Source: Fonticula-like sp. SCN 57-25
Lineage: Eukaryota
Direction: 5' to 3'
Assembly (NCBI GenBank): GCA_001724245.1
Contig: MEDX01000037.1
Location: 1-36,895 of the forward strand
DNA: 36,895 nt
Both the position numbers and the translations under genes were made by a program. Under the pieces are notes generated by a model. The model had not been told where the DNA came from. It made no database searches and was given only the letters and a program-made list of their open reading frames with translations. Below are positions 34,238-36,895 of this stretch, one piece after another; the stretch's first letter is position 1, and the number at the start of each line of letters is the position of its first letter.

Positions 34238-36745
34238 ATGGGTGATCGGGGTGCCAAGTCGCCCTCGTCTGCGCACACGGTGGTAAGCATCTCGTTTTCT
34301 GGTTACTTGACATTCGGTTAGCTAACCTTTGCTGCTGCAGCGGGATGATTCTGGTCTGCTTCTTTCGGACAGGAAGAGGACGATGTTCGAGAAAGCATTC
34401 AAGTTTGCCAGCAAGACGGAGGACTTGCTGGTGGCGAAATCATGCAAGTATGAGAGCACTAGCGGGCATGTATTCTGCACAAAAACCACCCTCCACTTTT
34501 ACGGAAAACTTTTCACCAAAAAGATCAAGGTGCGTTTTACCCGTCGATTGACTTGTTGAACGCTCAGCGTTTGCTTCGCTCAGCTCTCGATCAACTATGC
34601 GGACATCCGCAACATTGAAAAGAAGAAAACTGGTTTGTTGCCGAACGCTATCCGTGTCAGTACCGACCACTTCAAGCTTACCCTGAAGGACTTTGCCCAC
34701 CGCGACGCCGTGTACGACGCATTGTACAACGCTTGGAGACAGGTCGACCCTTCCCGCGAGCCGCAGGAGACTCTGTCGACTGAGGACGACACCATTCGTG
34801 ACGAGTCTTCCGAAGAAAGCGGGTTCTTGGTTGTTCCCTCTATTCGCCTTGTAGAGGTGCGCACGGTTTTTGCACTCGCGTGCGCGTGTGTGCAAGCATC
34901 TGACATGTGTGCATCCATTAGGAGGAGGACGGGAATGATGACGAATACGAGTACGGCCTAACGGACGACGAAGAGAGCGGCCATCGTACTATTCCTCTTA
35001 GTGGCGGCGGCGACGGTTCGGGTGTTGTTGAGGACCTTGAGTTGCAGGACCGCACGGATTTGCGCCGCTCCCGTTCCCATTCGGATGCTCGCAGAGAGAG
35101 CTCAGGGCGGCTGCGCGCTCGGGGAAGCGTTCAGGAGCCGACGAGAACGCAGACGGACGTGCGTGTGATTTGCCTTTTTTTTTTTTGTTTCTCATTGCGA
35201 TTTTGATAGGGTGATGTGACGGATTCGCCTCAGAAGCCCCCCAAGTCACCGCGCCCTGCGCCTCTTTCGATCCCAACTTCCACTACTACTCCAGACACAA
35301 ATGCACGTTCGGGGTCCGTTACTCCGCAGAAAGGCGGTGCCGCTGCATTGAATGCTCCTGTAGGTACTTCTCCTCCAAACACGGTGCTTTCCTCGACGCC
35401 TCCCGATGATCCCTCTGCTGCTGCTGGATTGGCTCGCAGGCGTACCATCGGATTTAAGGAACAGGGGCAGCAGGCTGGCGCTGCTTCTGCGACTACTGCC
35501 CCATTGCCTCAGGCCAGCGGATCCTCTGACACTCTTGTTTCGGCTTCAAAGGGTGGTGTTCCTGCATCTTCGTCCGCTCCTGTGCTGTCGACGGTGACTC
35601 CGCAATCACCTGATGTCTCCACGCCGATTTCTGAAGTTAGCGTCACGCACGAAGGAACCGTCGTTACAAAGGCCTTGATTAATGCCCCTCTTGCAACGTT
35701 CGTCTCGGCGATGTGGGAAGATGATGCCGAGCTTTTCAAGAAATTCCATAACAGGCGCAAGAACATCGGTACGCGACGACCAGCTTGCATGAAGACGTTG
35801 CTAATTTGCGTGTGTTGGATAGATCTTGTGGTTCCTAGCTGGGCACCTGCATTTGCTCCTGAGGGGAGTCGCGAGGTTACCTATACGATGCCGTGCAAAA
35901 TTCCGATGTGTACGATAACTCCTGGTACCTAATTATGATCCTAATGCCCGTGGCTTGCAGACTCCAAGTCGTTTACGCCTGTGCTTGATACACAGCGTAT
36001 TGTCCGTCAGGAGCCGCTGTGCGTGTTTTCTGTGGTTTTTGCTTATTCAACGTCAACTAACTGGTGACGTAGGATTTTTGTCATTCAAACCGAAACTCGC
36101 AATCCTGATGTTCCTTTCGGAGATTACTTTTCTGTGTTTTGCAACTACTACATGACGGCTGTATCTCATACAACGTCTCGGTTGGTTATTTCGACAACCG
36201 TCAAGTTTGTGAAGAGCACGATGCTCAAGGGCAAGATTGAGCGTGCTGCGGTTGATGGAATGAAGCCGGTGTTTAGTGATATGTTGAGCGAGATCAACGG
36301 GGCTTACGGAGTTCCAACATCCGCTCCTGGCACCGCCGGTGCTGGGGATGGGTCCGCCGACCTTGCTGGTGTTGATCAGGCGGGGGACGGCAAGTCAGGC
36401 GATTCCAAGGTGCCCGACTTCTTCACTGCGCTATTCCATCGTGGAAATCTGGTCAAGTCTTCCAGTATTGTGCTAGTGTGCTTGCTCCTTGGTGCGTTAA
36501 TCGCTACGCTGGCTGGTTTTGGGGGCACCGCTCCGCCGACCGAGTATGCTTTGCTACGAGAGTATCAGGCGGCTCGTTCTTCTGGTGATCTTGCGTTAAG
36601 CACTCTTCACGCGGGTTATCTTCAGCACAGTCGAGCTGTTGCCGACGTCAACTTTGAGCTAAACACGCTTCATGCCGAAATCGCGCAGCTCGACTCGAGG
36701 CTCGGGGTCACTCGCGAGCAAGCGGTGTTTGTAGAGTCGGAGTAG
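34238..36745 (+). CDS. GRAM + VASt (StARkin) domain ER-anchored sterol transfer protein (LAM/Ysp2/Aster family), ~706 aa, 8 exons
   Basis: Exons 34238-34282, 34341-34529, 34584-34856, 34922-35158, 35210-35768, 35823-35909, 35961-36018, 36073-36745 in frame. GRAM: GHVFCT...LHFYGKLF...IRNIEKKKTGLLPNAI. VASt: PDVPFGDYFSV, VKFVKSTMLKGKIE. C-terminal TM plus coiled coil. First exon less certain. Confidence 0.88.
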
Positions 36746-36895
36746 TGCATCCGTTTGCATTCGTGTTTGGTTTGAGTGTTCGTGGTGCTGAAGTGTCAAT
36801 GTTTCATGCTTGCCGGAACTTTGTGTTCTTGCAAGATATATGGGTTTCTTTTTGTTTGTCAGTAGGTAGTTTTGCATGCACAGGATGACAACGGC

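Overview
Compact, GC-rich eukaryotic genomic DNA, most consistent with an early-diverging opisthokont or fungus-like protist (inference). It has 17 protein-coding genes. Their 34 GT-AG introns are mostly 45-65 nt, with donors almost always GT(A/G)CG and CTRAC/CTCAC-type branch sites. In order: large RasGEF, 7TM + tandem-SAM protein, NOPCHAP1-like, TM-G2BR miniprotein, divergent Tom40/Mdm10-like beta-barrel, COX18, PTR/SLC15 peptide transporter, OPA3, FHIP/FAM160, RecQ-like helicase with a degenerate Walker A, Y14/RBM8A, GFAT, an orphan ORF, ALDH, ATG1/ULK, mitochondrial aconitase, and a GRAM-VASt sterol transporter. The most notable feature lies in the ORF-poor gap between ATG1 and aconitase: an RNase MRP RNA gene (30095-30445, +). 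It appears to be split by a 54-nt spliceosomal intron at the tip of a hairpin that re-forms only after splicing. It is followed on the same strand by a small exon and an intron carrying a double-guide snR47/SNORD36-type C/D snoRNA, suggesting one spliced, probably Pol II, ribosome-biogenesis ncRNA transcript. All gene models and RNA structures were derived by hand; no database searches were run.
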